A stretch of 61,420 nucleotides of DNA, counting the filler. It is 4 parts of 4 records of this genome, joined end to end, with 100 filler letters (N's around TTAATTAATTAA, not from the genome) between each part and the next. Parts side by side here need not be neighbours in the genome. Positions count along the whole stretch, not along the records: positions 1 to 23,093 come from DRR378314_2076; 3 more parts are not named here. One strand, written 5' to 3'. Numbering within the stretch: the first letter of the stretch is position 1; each line of letters starts with the position of its first letter. The notes beneath the pieces are model-generated. The model was not told the DNA's origin. It searched no databases and was given only the letters and a program-made list of their open reading frames with translations. Position numbers and translations under genes: made by a program. Positions 1 through 17,451 of the stretch are shown in pieces.

Positions 1-27
1 ACAACAACAACAACAACAACAACAACA
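1..27. repeat. (ACA)9 microsatellite at the contig start, inside a kinesin intron
   Basis: Nine perfect ACA units read directly from the sequence; likely cause of the contig break. Confidence 0.95.
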
Positions 28-172
28 TCGCTACAAAAGTTGGTGCTCATACGGGAACAAAGCCCGTGCGCTCGTTTCGTGCGCAAAGAGTCCACGCAGA
101 GAAGACAATCTAGTCTACCCCTATCCAAGAGGAGGAAATGAAAAACATAGACCACGCGCCTCTCGAGCGCTA

Positions 173-4049
<3,877 letters not shown>

Positions 4050-6256
4050 TGTAGTACCTGCGCGAAACAGGAACAAGTTGACGTCATCTCACAGTTAGCG
4101 AATACTGCAGAAGCTGCGCACTCGATGCCCATAGTACATAGACATGGGGGCGAGAATCGAAAAGTACTCTACAGCGCCTGCGCACGCCTGGGCGACTTCC
4201 CCAAGCGCAGCCGCAACCGCGTGCGCTCCGGTTCGCCGTGCCTCAGCGACAGAGTTACACGAAAGCGGGACCCAACCGGACAAGGCAAACCAAAATAAGA
4301 ACCCGAAACGCTTGCCGGCCGCAAACAGGACCGGTATACACCTCCCAACGGACAATATTATTCAACTCGACTCGCAGATGCATTCAGCGCAAACTGTACG
4401 CATTGCGACGTCGCGCGCTGACTCCGCAGCGGCCATGCGACGAGCGCGGGCGCGCGGCGCAAGGTCGGGTAGCTGGAGCAAAAGGCGCGGAGCGCGCCCA
4501 ACACGGTACCACCGCGAACGCGCAGTCGCGAACACCTTGCTGCGACACAGAACCGCAGCGCGAGCGTGCATGTGCGTCCAGGTATATTCTCACCACTACA
4601 CGTTTCCAGTGCGAGAAAGACTACCGGGCAACGCAGCCGCTACGTGCCGCGTGCAACGGCGCGAAGCGCACTCACGCGCGCGCAACCTGTCGCGCGGCGT
4701 CTATCCAGTTTGCCGGTCGGCCGCGCGCAGCGCATGCTCCACCACTCAACGTCGGTAAGCACAACTTGCAACCTTCACGCGCACCAGGTTGCTGAGCCGC
4801 ACGTATAAACCGCGCCATACACTAATCTTCAAACGCATATCCCCTCAGAGGTTCGTTCAAGTAAAGGAGTCGATTTGCTTAGCAAACATGCGCCTGAACA
4901 CGCGCGTACGCACCCACACTTGCCCCGCAGGAGGCCGGCAGAGCAAAGCGTGCCGTTCAAACGGCAAGCGGCCGCCTCGACCCCAGCGCCGCGACTCCCT
5001 CACAGCGGTTCGCTGACTAACAAAGGCACAGGTTGGCCAGGATCATCAAATCCGGGAGCAATACGCTATCCCGCGAGAATGGGAACAGAGACTGGTACTC
5101 AATTCCCGTTTTTACCAAAAGTACAAATGAAAGGCGTTTCCGGCGCGCACACTACAGCGGAAAGCCGCGGCGCAGCGCACCAAGAGCAGCGACGATACGT
5201 TTCTGTGCGCCAGCGCCGAGGTTCCGCCCGCTTGCAACGCGCGCACGGACAGGTACATCTACATACAGCCAGCTCTTCGCCGCCCTTCTACCCCTCGTGC
5301 GCGCCGCTCACATCTATCGCCCACAGCTCAAAATGTAAGATAACGGCACATTGAGCTACAGAGATTCGCAAAACCTGTGTCGCGTGCAGCAAGATGCACG
5401 CACTCGCCGAGAGCACAGCACACAACGGCTGCCACTGCTGCGGTTGAGCGGCGACCCTCAGCCACACCACGCCGGCGCAAGAGCATGGATTTACGCGCAC
5501 AGGCCAACAACTACTCGCATACATGGGCGATTAACAGCGCGGCCGTAGGCCCCTTCCCAAAGAGAACCCATGACAAGAACAAAATTACAGATACGCAAGC
5601 CAACAGCACCCGTTTCGCCCGTCCACAAGGCGGAACACCGCCACACGCTCTGACGTGCGGAAGCACTCTCTTCAGCACTGGAAGGAGCAAGCTCTGCTGG
5701 CGGACAGACCGAAGGAAGGAACGTACGTCAATGCCTGTCTGCACCTCACGAATGCAGGGAAACACTGCTTGTGCGAGGCACGTGACAGCGGCGCGCCCCA
5801 ACGCAACCCTGCCAAGCCTCAAGCGTGAGCAGGCTCGCCAAGGGCGCGCGGATAAGGGACAACTCGCTTCGCACTAGGGCTAGCGGATATGCCCGTTGCG
5901 GACTGACTGTGGATACAATACACGGCGCGCCCAGTACAGCGTGATGCGGAGCAGTTCCCCGCGCAGTGGCACACAAACGCAGTCCGCTTTCGTTAAAGGA
6001 TCTTTTCTTACGTTGGCGGCTGCGATTGCCACGCAACCGTTCTCGCAGTGCCGCGTTCCAAAGCTCGCTTGCGTGTACCGCGTGCATTCCATTTCCCAGC
6101 ATAGTAGAACAGCCCAGCGTACTCAGGTGCAATTTCGACACTGCGGCGCCCAGAATTGTGCCGATATCGCTGAGCAGCTGGAAGCTGACTCTTGCATCCT
6201 AACTCTGGGACTACGTAGCCTCGCGCACTCTATCTGCAACCTATTCGACCGGCGCC

Positions 6257-7975
6257 ATGGCGGGGGATGCGCATGCCGAAGTCAGCTCTGCGCGCATGCA
6301 CGTTGATGGCTACGCGGAAGGCGACGACGAGCGCCTGCGCATCATCCAAGAAGACATGGAAAACAAAGACGGACGCATGAAGCTTCTCAAGGTGCAAGAT
6401 GGAGTTGAAATTTTTTCGGGGCACATGAAAGGTTCGTTGCCCTGAAGCACATTTGTTGCAAGTGCTTTCGAGTTGGAAGCGTATTGGCACGGAAAATACT
6501 CCACACAACTGCGACGCCGCAGGACGACTGCACGCGACTGCCCAGATCCGTATGCATACCCCTGGATCCAGTGTGTATGCGCGTATTTCATGCAAGTGAA
6601 TGCACTTGTATATGCAAGATTAACATGCCACATAAGTACGCGGGGTACCCTGTCCTTGCAATGGAAAGAAACCGGAGGGACCGCATTCTGCTCAGGCGCG
6701 CCTGCATTGGTCGGTCACAGAGAGCCTGCCTCGTCTGCCGCCTTGCTATCGGCGGGTCGCAGATAGCAACCTGGTACTGATCATGGGCAAAGGAACGATC
6801 GAGGCACCGGTCGGTGAGGTAAATGAGCTGTTTGCCGACTTTGAGAGGCTGATGCAGGTTTCGGATGCAATGTACATTCACAACTCCGGTTTCGACAAGC
6901 CGATCGATAGCGAGCACTCGCTCAGCTACGGACGATACCGCATGCCAAAGCTGATTGCGAACCGCGACTTTCTGTGGCTCTCGCACGGGCCCATCACGCG
7001 CGACGGCAACATCCACTTCTGCATTGCCAGGTGCGAGCGCGCTTTTCGCAACCACATACATCCGTGCACATATAAAAGTGTGTAGGGACTAGAGTGCAAC
7101 CTGCGTCCACCAATCCCGCCGCTGCGATGCGTCCGATCGTGGTGCACGGTCGGCACTGTCCCACGGCGCGCACGGAATACTCCGCCAGGAGCCTCTGCGC
7201 TGTGCCCGTGGGCACCCATGTGTGCGAGCTCGCATTCGCCCAGTTCCTCCCAACAGCAGGTTCCCTTATCGCAGATATGCCCTTGTATGGCATTTTCTTA
7301 GCGCGAAACTTTTGGATGTATGGGATACACAAACTTCTGGCTTCAGGCGTAGCAAGGTCGCATGCTGGCACCCGCTCTGCTCTCCGTGCTCTTGACGTCG
7401 CATACGCTGACGGTGCGGAACTGGTCCCTTCTACAGGTCCACCGAGCACCCTCACTACCCTCCAGTCCCCGGCTTTGTGCGGGGATCGTTACTCAGTACG
7501 TTGCTGCACAAATCAGCCTAAGCCATAAGTGGGCGGCTGGAATGCCGGAAGTTCAACTCGCAGGAATTTCGCTTGTGAGGCTGCAGTACATTCTGGCGCC
7601 GTTTTTTCTTTGTGCATAGGCAGCCCGCCCTGCTCCCGCAATTCTGCTGTGTGCGATGATTGGATGCCGCCTCTCCTTGTCACGAACGGCAAGCCGTGCG
7701 ACTGTAGGGTACGCGGAACGCACGCAATGCAGAATTATGACCTTAATCGCACCACGGTGCCATCTGCTTCACCTGCGATACGCTTCTTGGTAGTTTCAGG
7801 ATATGTGTGGAAGCCAAACCAAGAAAATCCTGAGCACACAGACATGTGCATGCTCCTGCAGGTCGACCCAAAAGGATGGATTCCCACATTTGTTGTCAAC
7901 ATGACTGCCTCCGATAGTGCGATGAATCTCGCGCGCATTAACAAGTATCTCAAGGCGCAGCGAGCCAAGAAGTAA
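6257..7975 (+). CDS. START (StAR-related lipid transfer) domain protein, 4 exons
   Basis: Exons 6257-6431, 6763-7030, 7437-7495 and 7794-7975 join in frame. START-like motifs: MPKLIANRDFLW, RSTEHPHYPPVPGFVRG, SGYVWKP, LQVDPKGWIPTFVVN, followed by a C-terminal helix. Confidence 0.85.
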
Positions 7976-9347
7976 AGTTGTGGGGTAAGGTGCTTCGATG
8001 GGAGGGGGGTAGCGCCTCTCGATAAATTCGCCAACGCGATTGCCAGAACTTGCATGCACTCGAGATTCTCGAGCGTATGCGCTATCGCCCAAGCTCTGGT
8101 CTGGTTGACACACTGGATGGTAGTGGAATAAAAGGAACATTTCGGTTACCCGCTGCTACCGATTCTGCACAGCTCTCCCCCTCCATTTTCACCCAGGTGC
8201 CATCACGCTGAAGCGCGAACATGGCTCTTCGAATACGATAGCATTTTTCCATGCACACCCACCCATGGTGTTTAGGCACAACGCTGGCACAGAGGCTTGC
8301 GCGGCGCGCGCTTTCGCTTCTAACGCGCACCGGGAAAGAAAATCACGCTACGGGGAAGACGAGCACGTGGAGGAAAGCCCGCGTCCCCCACCGCTTCCAC
8401 GACCAAGCACTCCGCCTTCAGATATCGACCGTGCGCTGAAACCGAACAGCCGTTTTCTCTCTGAGGCGTTTAAGTTGCTATGAGCTCCTCAGAGAGGAAA
8501 TTGCAATCGTAGGCATTCCTCTGCCCTGCATTCGAATGCAAACGATCATGGATAGCTCTTCAATGAGTGAGCTTCGACGACGCTGTACCTTGGATTTCCT
8601 ACGATCTCGTTCATATTCTCTTCCGACATTGCACCGCAGCAGATTGAATGCAGACATGCCGAAAATTGACAATGCGGAAGCAGCCCAGATCCATATCCGT
8701 TGCAACCAACACGCGCCTCGCGTGGGTGCCCAGAAGTCCCACCACGGCACTGTGAACATCACGACTGCGCGAAAGAAGATACCCCGCCACTCGCTGCGAT
8801 TGGCGCAGCTCAGGACAAGCAAGTCCATCGTGTACTCCCAAATTCACTCCTCCGCTTGTTTATTCTTGCGTCATGGCGCAAGCACAGGTAGCACTTTTGG
8901 TGCAATTATTCTGATATTTCACACGATGGCAACCGAAAGTCAGGCGCAGTGCGTCCCAGAGCACCGCGCACAGCACACGGTGGTGGTGACTTGTGCCAAG
9001 CCACGCCGTAAGCCCTTGGAGAATTATTCCCATGCAATACTCTGCAAATACTCGCCATTCCTCGCGATCAGGAGCGGTATACACGAGGTGGATCCCCAAA
9101 GCTCCTGCGCGTGCAAATCCCGGCGAGGCACGCCGGGGAACGCGCGGCGCGGACCGCGCGCGAGGTTTCTCCATGCGTGATAGGGGTGCGCGGCCGTTCG
9201 CCCTTGCCAGCCGCCAGCGTCCAGTCCTCGCCGCCCCACAGCATTCCGCTTCCGGGCCACGACCGCAGCTGCACGCCGCAATCTCCCTTCTCCCAGGGCA
9301 GACAGTGTAGAGCACCCTCTGCGCGCAAGACGGTTTATGCCCTCGCC

Positions 9348-12300
9348 ATGTCGACTGGGTCTAGCGATGTCGTGCTCAATCTCATGTCTGCACTGGGTAC
9401 AGCATTCACTCCCATTGTAATTGGTACGCGCGTAGTGCGAAGCTAGCAATTCTACAAAACGAAAGGAAAAGATACAACGCCAAGGAGGCCACGGCGCGCC
9501 AGGGGAAAGGCTTTTCAAGGGATGCTGCGCCGCGCGCCCAGCAACGCAGGAAAGCCGAGGCGCCGCAAGCTTGGCAGTTGAAGGCGCCCGACTGCACTCG
9601 GTGTCGAGCAGACCGCCCGCGTGCGCCCACCATTTTCCATTGGTAGCGAAACCATAGCACATGCAGTAGATTTTACCGTTGCAAGGACGTGCAGAGAGCG
9701 CTGCGCCCCTTGTGAGGTGCACGGAGCCTCGCTGCCAGCGCTGGTCAGTTGCACACCAGCGCCTCCTGCCCCCGCTTTTGCAACCTGATCGTCGCTCCCA
9801 AAGACACGACAGCTAGGAGGATGGAAATGCGTCCGCCACCGTGAGCGCTTCCGTACCGTTCTGTCACTCGTATCGATACTCGTATACTTGGTAAGGAAAG
9901 GTGCTGTGAGTGGGCCGGTACCTTGCGCGTGCAGCCAACCAACCACGCTCGTTCCGCGCGCGCAAGCTTACAGCCTCGCTGCTGCTCGGTCTCGTGTTGG
10001 CGTTTGCGGCGCTCGCGACGCGCAGGCTACTCGTTCAGCCGAGCCCGCCTCGTGTCCTCCGAGGGCGTTGCCGGTATGGGAAAGTTGGTTGGCATGGTCG
10101 CCTTACCGGCCATTCTGTTTCGCTCCATGGCAACGTTGGACCTGGGAGAAATTGATGCGGCACTTCTCGCGTCCATCGCGTTTGGCAAAGGAACCGTCTG
10201 CGCGTTTGCAGCGCTGACCGCGTTCTTCTTCGTGAACAGAGAAAGCAGCTCCGACAAGCGGCTGCAAAAGGTGCGCCAACGTGCGCGTGCGTGCGCGGAA
10301 GGGGCAGATATCGCCGGCAGTGCTCTCTCTGCACAATCGTACAATTCTTCGTTGATCCCATACAGTCACAACAGTAGCATCGCTCGCACGGCCTTACCCA
10401 GGCGCGATGGACAAGACGATCCAGGAAGGCGCTCGCGCGCCGCTCCTGTACTTTTGTGCTCGCCCGCGCCTGCTTTCCCCGTTGAAGAGCTGTTCTTGTT
10501 CATGCACACGCGCGGACGCCGCAGCTGGACCGCTCACGCCGTCGCGATCACCCGTTCCACCCCCTTGCAGGCCGCAATGTACTCGCTGTTCGTGGCAAAT
10601 TCAAACGACTTGGCAATTGGTCTACCTGTCATCCAGGCCTTGTACCCAGAAAAGTAAGTTGGCCTTGCTCCCGCCTGCGGAGATGGCGGCAAGCGCCTGT
10701 GGCGCGCCCGAACGTGACCACTCTATGTAGACTTCCCCCACCTCCTTCACGCGGAAACCATATACTAGGAGAAACAATACCTCCGCTGCCGCCATATATC
10801 ATCACACTGACGTTTCATTTCTTCGCCATTCTTACTCGGCTGTCTCTCCATCCGCGTGTTCCGATTTTCCCGTGTACAGATTCGTAGGGTTCTTACTGCT
10901 TGCCGCTTCGTTTACGCTGCTAGTTCTGAATCCTATCGGACTGACCATGCTGGAGATCTCCAAGTCCAAAGCTGACCCGGTACGATTTTACACGCGGCAA
11001 AGGCACCCGCATTTTCAATCATTTTATCGTTTTCTCTCCTCGTGATGCGCCAGTATCTTTGCGAGCGTGCTAGAATGCGCGCCGGCGACGCTACGGGCAA
11101 CGGGAATATCCGTCTGGCTACGCGCAAATCGCCAGCGAACGGCGATTGGTTATCCCGTGCATCGCATACGTGCCCACTTACAGCGATATACATTGGCATT
11201 ACGCTTGCAAACGTTACTTTCTGCATGCAGAATGCGCGCGTCAGCTTCTCGAAAATCTTCCAGAGCGTTCTGACGAATCCCGTCGTGGCGCTTACTGTCG
11301 CGGGACTGATCTTCAACCTCTGCTTTGGTATGTGCTCCACCACCTGCAATGCCAAATCGCCGAGTTGCCCTCTGGCCGGTAAACACTGCACGAAATGCAA
11401 TCACGAGCCGGTCGCGCATTAAAACGAGGCAGTAGTTTCTTCGCAAACGTTGCAATGTCGTTGGCATCGACCAATCGCCACATCGTTTTCTGCAAGTCTC
11501 CACCTTGTAACCATGGCTTGATCGACACTGCTCTCCGCGCTGGCAAACGATACTGAATGACGTTCCCTCTTGCCGTTTCTTCGGCTGTCGCATGACGTGT
11601 GACAATGTCTGTTCCCTTTCGCTGATTTCAAGGACATCGAACTCTTACGGATCTCAAATTCATCAACAATACCCTGACGCTTCTCGGCAACGGGTTCCCA
11701 GTGATGGCCTTGTTTCTGCTAGGGTTTGGCGCGGAAGGCCGTATAAATCGGCTCAAAGGAACGCGGCTCTTCCAGCCGCTGTTCCTCATCACCCGTACGT
11801 TCCTTTGTTCGTCATTCTGCAAGGGAATATCGTGGCCCTGCATTCTATACAATATTAGATTCTCTGAATATGTAGCATACGTTTTGTCTGTCCAACGCCA
11901 CTGAAATGAAAGGGGTCGGCCCTAATTCACATTGTGCAGCGTGCTCGGCGACGTGGACAGATGCTGGCGGGCCCAAGACCTTTTCTGGCGCTTCGCCCTC
12001 ATCGCTGTGTGCCTCTTCTTCCGGTCCGCTCCTGTGCCACCTGCAGTCAAAGTCTTGATTCTTCCCATTCTAACGCGCTTCATCTCGGCGTGGCTGGTAT
12101 CGGGCTCGGACAAGGATTTGAAGAAAAATTTTGCCTACATCTACGGGTCCTTTCCAACAGCGCCCTCTGTGGCTGTGATCCTGGCACCGTACGTTCCAAG
12201 GCAATGTTGGGGGGGGGTGTTTCAGCTGTCGCGCGATATTGCACGTAGTGCATACATCATCTTCGACACACAAGCGCCGTTACCAGGACGATTATGAGAA

Positions 12301-15300
12301 GCGCACCCCTCGCATTATGTCGCTATGAGCAAACCGCGAGCATCGGCTGGCGCTGCTGTGCCTGTACACACTCCCGGATGGGCGAGGCTGGGCGAGGTTT
12401 TGATTTCTAGTCACTCGTCCCTCCGCCTTCCCTCAGAAGCCGCCTATACGGGTAATCGATTATACGGAGTATTCCGTTTCGTTGCTGTGCATGGTCGCAC
12501 ACTGTACTTGTGTAAAAGGGGCATACTTCCGTTTGCATCATGCACACCGTTCCCCGCTTCCGGCTTGGCTTGCTGCTCGCGTGCTGCGCTGTGTGGCCTG
12601 TGTCGCTACCACCGCGCCGAGACTCTGCGACAACACAACACTGCATCATTTCTGTTCTCGGATTTGGGTTTTTACATAAACAAAATATCTCCATTGTCGG
12701 TGTGAAGTCTGGACAAAAAGTAGTAAGCTCGGTGCATGCAACGTTCCGATGTTTCTGCGTTGCGTGCTTCGTCCTTTGCACAATTCATGATCGGAAACGA
12801 ACAGTCCCTCGCTGTCAACTCTTTGTTCGCACAGTTTCGTTTTCAAGATACACCACGCTTCCTAACCTGTACTTAACCGGCCTATCTCTGGAAAAGAGGC
12901 TCGATTTTCATAGCAAATTCACAAAGTTTACGCTCCGTGCTTGTCTTTTGCGCGGAACGGGGACGACACGACGCAGGTATGGTATTGGACGCGAGGCCAT
13001 TCCAGCAGCCTCAGTGCTGTGCTTGGTTGCCTCTGCACCCATCATGGTTTCAGCAACAGTACTCTTTGACACTCCGGATGACCAAACGCTCAACGATCTC
13101 ATACAAAGCACGGGTACGTATTGTGCGGTGTGCGCTGTCTGTTAGGGTACAGGCTGAGCGGCACCGCAGCTTGTTGAGAACGTCTGCAGACACGACAGCG
13201 TGTCGTTCCCGGGACAACAGCCAGTCCTTCCACCTGGCTCGCATCTTAGTCATATCAAACGGTTGATACTTCCATCACGTACGCATCTGTAAGGCTGTAA
13301 TTCGTTGGCGCTTTGTTTCGGAAAAAAAGTGTTCGCCGGAACTCACTGAGACTGCAAGCGATACCCTGAGGCAAACGCACAGCTGTGGCTGCTTCCCTCG
13401 CGGTACTCTGACTGCAACTTCCCGCCCGTCGTCCCAGGGACCCTGTGCTCGCGCAAAAATTGACTCTATGTATACGTACAAGGTTGAGATGGATGGACTC
13501 CAGTCCCGTTCGTCAAATGCCGTCCGCACCTACCAACGAGCTAACCTCAGTGCTTGCCGTTTGCATTGCGGCGCTTTCCATGCAGGTGATGCCGTGGACT
13601 ATGCAGCGATACTCAGCACGCTTTTCACTGTGCTCGCGTTCTACTTCGCCAGATCGGGGCGCAAGTTCCCGAACTATCTCATTTCCCTGCTCTCCGGGAT
13701 CCTCGGTCTCAGCGCCCTCTTCCATTCGATGTGCCTGAATGACGAGGCGTCTGGCACTATGTATATTTTCGACGTATTCCTGCGCATGTGGAGCAGGCTC
13801 ATCGTGGTGTTTCTCGTATACGTTTTACTTTCCATTGCTCGTGGCTCCCTGCCACGCGCCAAGGTCCTCACAAAACCATTCCTAATCGGCAGTGCAGCGT
13901 TCTCCTTTGTATGGACAATGATCATTGCGTTCGCTGGCGAGGCCGATATTGTCAGCCCGTTCCAAAAATGTGTGGTTCGAAACGGAGACACTGATCGCGT
14001 TATGACGCTGATCAGCTCGCTCTCGTTCTTTGTCATCATCGGTCTGTCGTTCCCGACAATCGAAAGGCTCCACAAGCGGTCCAAATTACCTGCCATGTTT
14101 GGCCTGGTCCTCTCTCCGCGCCCCTCCGAAGCCGCGCCCACAACGCAAATCAGCGAAGCGATACCGTCCATCGAGCACACATCGTCCGCATCGGCATTGG
14201 CAGGTCCAGGATCGCCAGACCCAGCAGTTGACGACGAAGAAGACGAGGAAAAGCGGCGGCTGGGAGATAAATTCCGGTACCAGATTGTTTTTACAGTCGT
14301 CCTTGTCGATGTGCTGCTGCTAACTTTCATCGCTCTCTCCCTGCTCTCCGGCGACTCGCTCGAAGGCTCTGTGCTGCAAATCGTGTTCCTGTCACAGGTG
14401 CGCCGGTGCGATCCCGCAGAATCGCATGTGCAATGCCACCTTTCGCGGAGAGCAGGCCGCATGCACTGCAATACAACCAGCGTACAGTAGCAAGTGCAAC
14501 AATGGTTCCCCGACGCGCCTGCTTGCTCGAGGATTTCGTTGCTATCTAAAGGAATTCGGCAGCGTGCGTGTGACGAGGCGCCGCTGCCAGATAAGAACAT
14601 TTTTGTTTGCACTTGCTGTAGATCCTTCTTGCTGACCCGTTCGCTCTTTCCTGTCTCGCGCTGACAAGTTGCTCTTCATGCTCGTTGTGCTCTGCTTGCC
14701 TGCGGTGGGCTCTTGAATATTATTGCATTGGCGGAGGATAGCTCTACGGATACGGGCAGCCAGTGTTTATCCTTGCGGCATTTGCACTTCAGCGCGAATA
14801 CGTGCATGTAAGTTTTATTGAATCACCCAGAAAGCAGCGACAGTCGGTCGCACACAGGACAAGCACGTGAATTATGTGTTTGTCTGATCATATCCCGTTC
14901 ATTTCCAGCGTTGCGGTATCATGAGTGTTTCCGGAGCGAAATGGTTTGGTCAGGAGAAGCACGTGAGGGTGCAAGCTCGTGCGCAGAGTTCGGAATTGCA
15001 ATCCTGCAGCTCTACGTCACGGTGCTCTCACGACGCACGCAAACCAACACTCGCACTGTTTTTTTAATTGCCCTCACATGTGTGCCTGCTTTACGCTCAA
15101 GGCTGTCCGCGAGCGCTTGGACGTCATACGGAAAGCCTACCGGAAATTCGTGTTCGGCGCCGAGGATATAGCCCGGCTTGTTACAGGTACGGCTTGCCGC
15201 TCTCGCCCTTGAGACTAGCGCAGGTTGCAAGGGCCGCAGAGCACTGCCATCATGTGCGCGTTTGTTTTGCGTGCCACGAAGCGAGACGAAGGTCCTCGAT

Positions 15301-16500
15301 GGATATCCGATACAGAGGTCTTCGGCACTTTCGATGGGCGTAGCTGTGTGTGGATGCAACGGTATTCGCGTGCTACACGCAGTGCGATAGTGCTGCGACA
15401 GACGCGAGCAGAGCGGCTCATCAGAGATCGTTCCGGAGTGTAAGGCCTTGTTGCGATACATATCATGCGCAGCGGTGCCACGCGGTCGAGCCCCCGCATT
15501 GCGAAAGTCCCAGACACTGTGCCGAGCGCTGCTGCGGCCTCTTCGACCCCGCCTGGAGTAGCCGCTGGCAGAAGGCAGGCGTGGAATATTCCTTTGCGCA
15601 AACCTCAACCGACGTACGTTTGTCTTTCTTGGTTGGTCTCTCACTCGACAGGCGATTGTCAAGCAGATGAGCGCCTGAAGGAAATTGCGCGCTCGCTCAT
15701 TGCGCCCGAGGCAGGTTTGGCTCGCAAACGCCGCCACCTGCTCAAGACGTACAACCATTGTCTCGTAGGTACGGCCAAGCACCGTGCAGCTGGTTTGCTG
15801 CGCTACCATCTTCACCGGTTCCTGTACAAGGTTGCGCAACCAGCCACTTTAACGAAAGTGCGACTGGTGGTTTCTCGAAAGCTTCACAGAAGAAACCCGA
15901 GTGATCATACCGTGGAGAGAATGAGTTTGGCGCCGGCGGAATGTCTTTTCCATGTGCGCACGTTGCCTGTTTGTCTAACCGTACGCGATCATTCGTTCTG
16001 TGACGGACCTTGCCCCTGCCGGATTCACTTGCGATGCCCCTCGATTCGCCACGGGACTGCGTGAATGCATCTGTCTTTCCTCGTAGGATCGGATGTCGTT
16101 TCTTTCCTAATATCGGTATGTTGCAAACGGGAAAATTGTTGTCCGTGTTCGACGTAGACGCTGTGTTGTAGCAGGATTTGCACGCTCTCTTTCTTCGCGT
16201 CACTGCTGTGGCCCTCGACATCCGCTCGCGATACTCCAAACCGGCGCTCACCGCTGCGCAGTGCTTTTTCAAGGCCTCTCTATGTTTGCACTGTATTGAT
16301 GTAGCCTACGAGTCTACTTTGGTTTCTGATTGTGGGTGCGATTTTTCTCGTGGTTTTTTTTCCAGACCAACGTGGCAGTGAACCGCGACGAAGCCGTGAG
16401 GGTCGGCCGTCGCCTTGTCGAGAGCGGGCTTCTGCGACACGTAACTGACGAGCATCATTTCGAAGACAAGTACTATTTCTACGTGATCGAGGTACGGTAA
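9348..16500 (+). CDS. GPR155: GPR155/LYCHOS-like protein: PIN/AEC-type transporter domain + GPCR-like TM domain + C-terminal DEP domain
   Basis: In-frame exons: 9348-9423, 10026-10270, 10571-10653, 10880-10979, 11231-11327, 11633-11794, 12047-12188, 12977-13113, 13586-14397, 14742-14807, 15102-15186, 15652-15768, 16087-16115, 16366-16491/16500. GPR155-like motifs: VALPAILFRSM, NSNDLAIGLPVIQALY, LNPIG, LTNPVV, LGNGFPVMALFLLG, YGSFPTAPSV, SAPIM, GYGQPVF. DEP motifs: RRHLLKTYNHCLVGSDVVSFL and RDEAVRVGRRLVESGLLRHVTDEHHFEDKYYFY. The exact end is uncertain (stop at 16500, or a donor at 16492). Confidence 0.88.
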
Positions 16501-17451
16501 TGTTCACCATTGCTCCATAACGCGCACATCGCTTAGGACAGCGATTTCACCAAGGTACCCGCTCGTGCGCGCTCTACTTACGTCGTTGTACGTTGCAACC
16601 GCGTTTGAACTCACACGATTCCTTCTTTCTGTGCTCCGCAACCTACCGAACATACACGCGCAACGTGCAGCGGAATCTGCTGTAAATACGTCGGCGCTAT
16701 GTACACAGTGCCTTTCAATGATCTCTGTTAGACTCGGTGTATTAAAATGTACATGATTTCCTCCGGCATGTGAGCCTCTGGATTCGCGACAGTGTGCAAC
16801 TATAAATGGCCGCCACCTTTCGCGCGCCGCCTCCGTTCTTGATTCGCTACGCACTGACAGCGCTACTCCGCGTCGGTGACCGCTATCTGCGAAAAGAGGT
16901 CTGGAGCAGCCAGCGCGGCCTCACACCGACATGCACAACGATCAAATCATTGTAGAAAACAAACCTTGCACACCGCGACGCACGGAAATGCTTGCGTCAA
17001 AGGAGAACGGAATTCGCAAGCGAGCGAGCGCCTGTGTTGCACAGCGGCGCTGAGAGTGGACTAGGCGAACTGTACTGCCTGAGCACAGAGGGGGCGCAAT
17101 GGCGCGCGCACCCAACGCATACCCTTCGCAAAAGTCGCAAAATAGAAGTGCCGTGCAGCAGGGTGGATCCCGCGCACGCTCTTCGGTGCATTGCCGCGTC
17201 TTCCTCAGGCGTACAAGAAAATGCGAATTGGTGTGCTCCACGAGCGGAGGAAACCCCAGACATGTTTTGTGTATCCAAGGCCTATTACCTCAACCGTACC
17301 GGGTTGGGATGCGCGACAGGACCCCGCCCTCTGCTCTCCGCGCGCGCGTGTGCCGGTGCGAAACGCGCTGGAGAACGAAGCCAAGGCATCCAATCCGTTC
17401 CTCCCGATTATTGCCGATCCTGTCATTTCTAAATTTTTTATACCATAGAGA

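Noticed and set aside
4050-6256. Possible gene between the kinesin and START genes (e.g. minus ORF 5511-5822)
   Set aside because: Some splice-like sites, but no recognisable protein or consistent exon chain; treated as UTR/intergenic.
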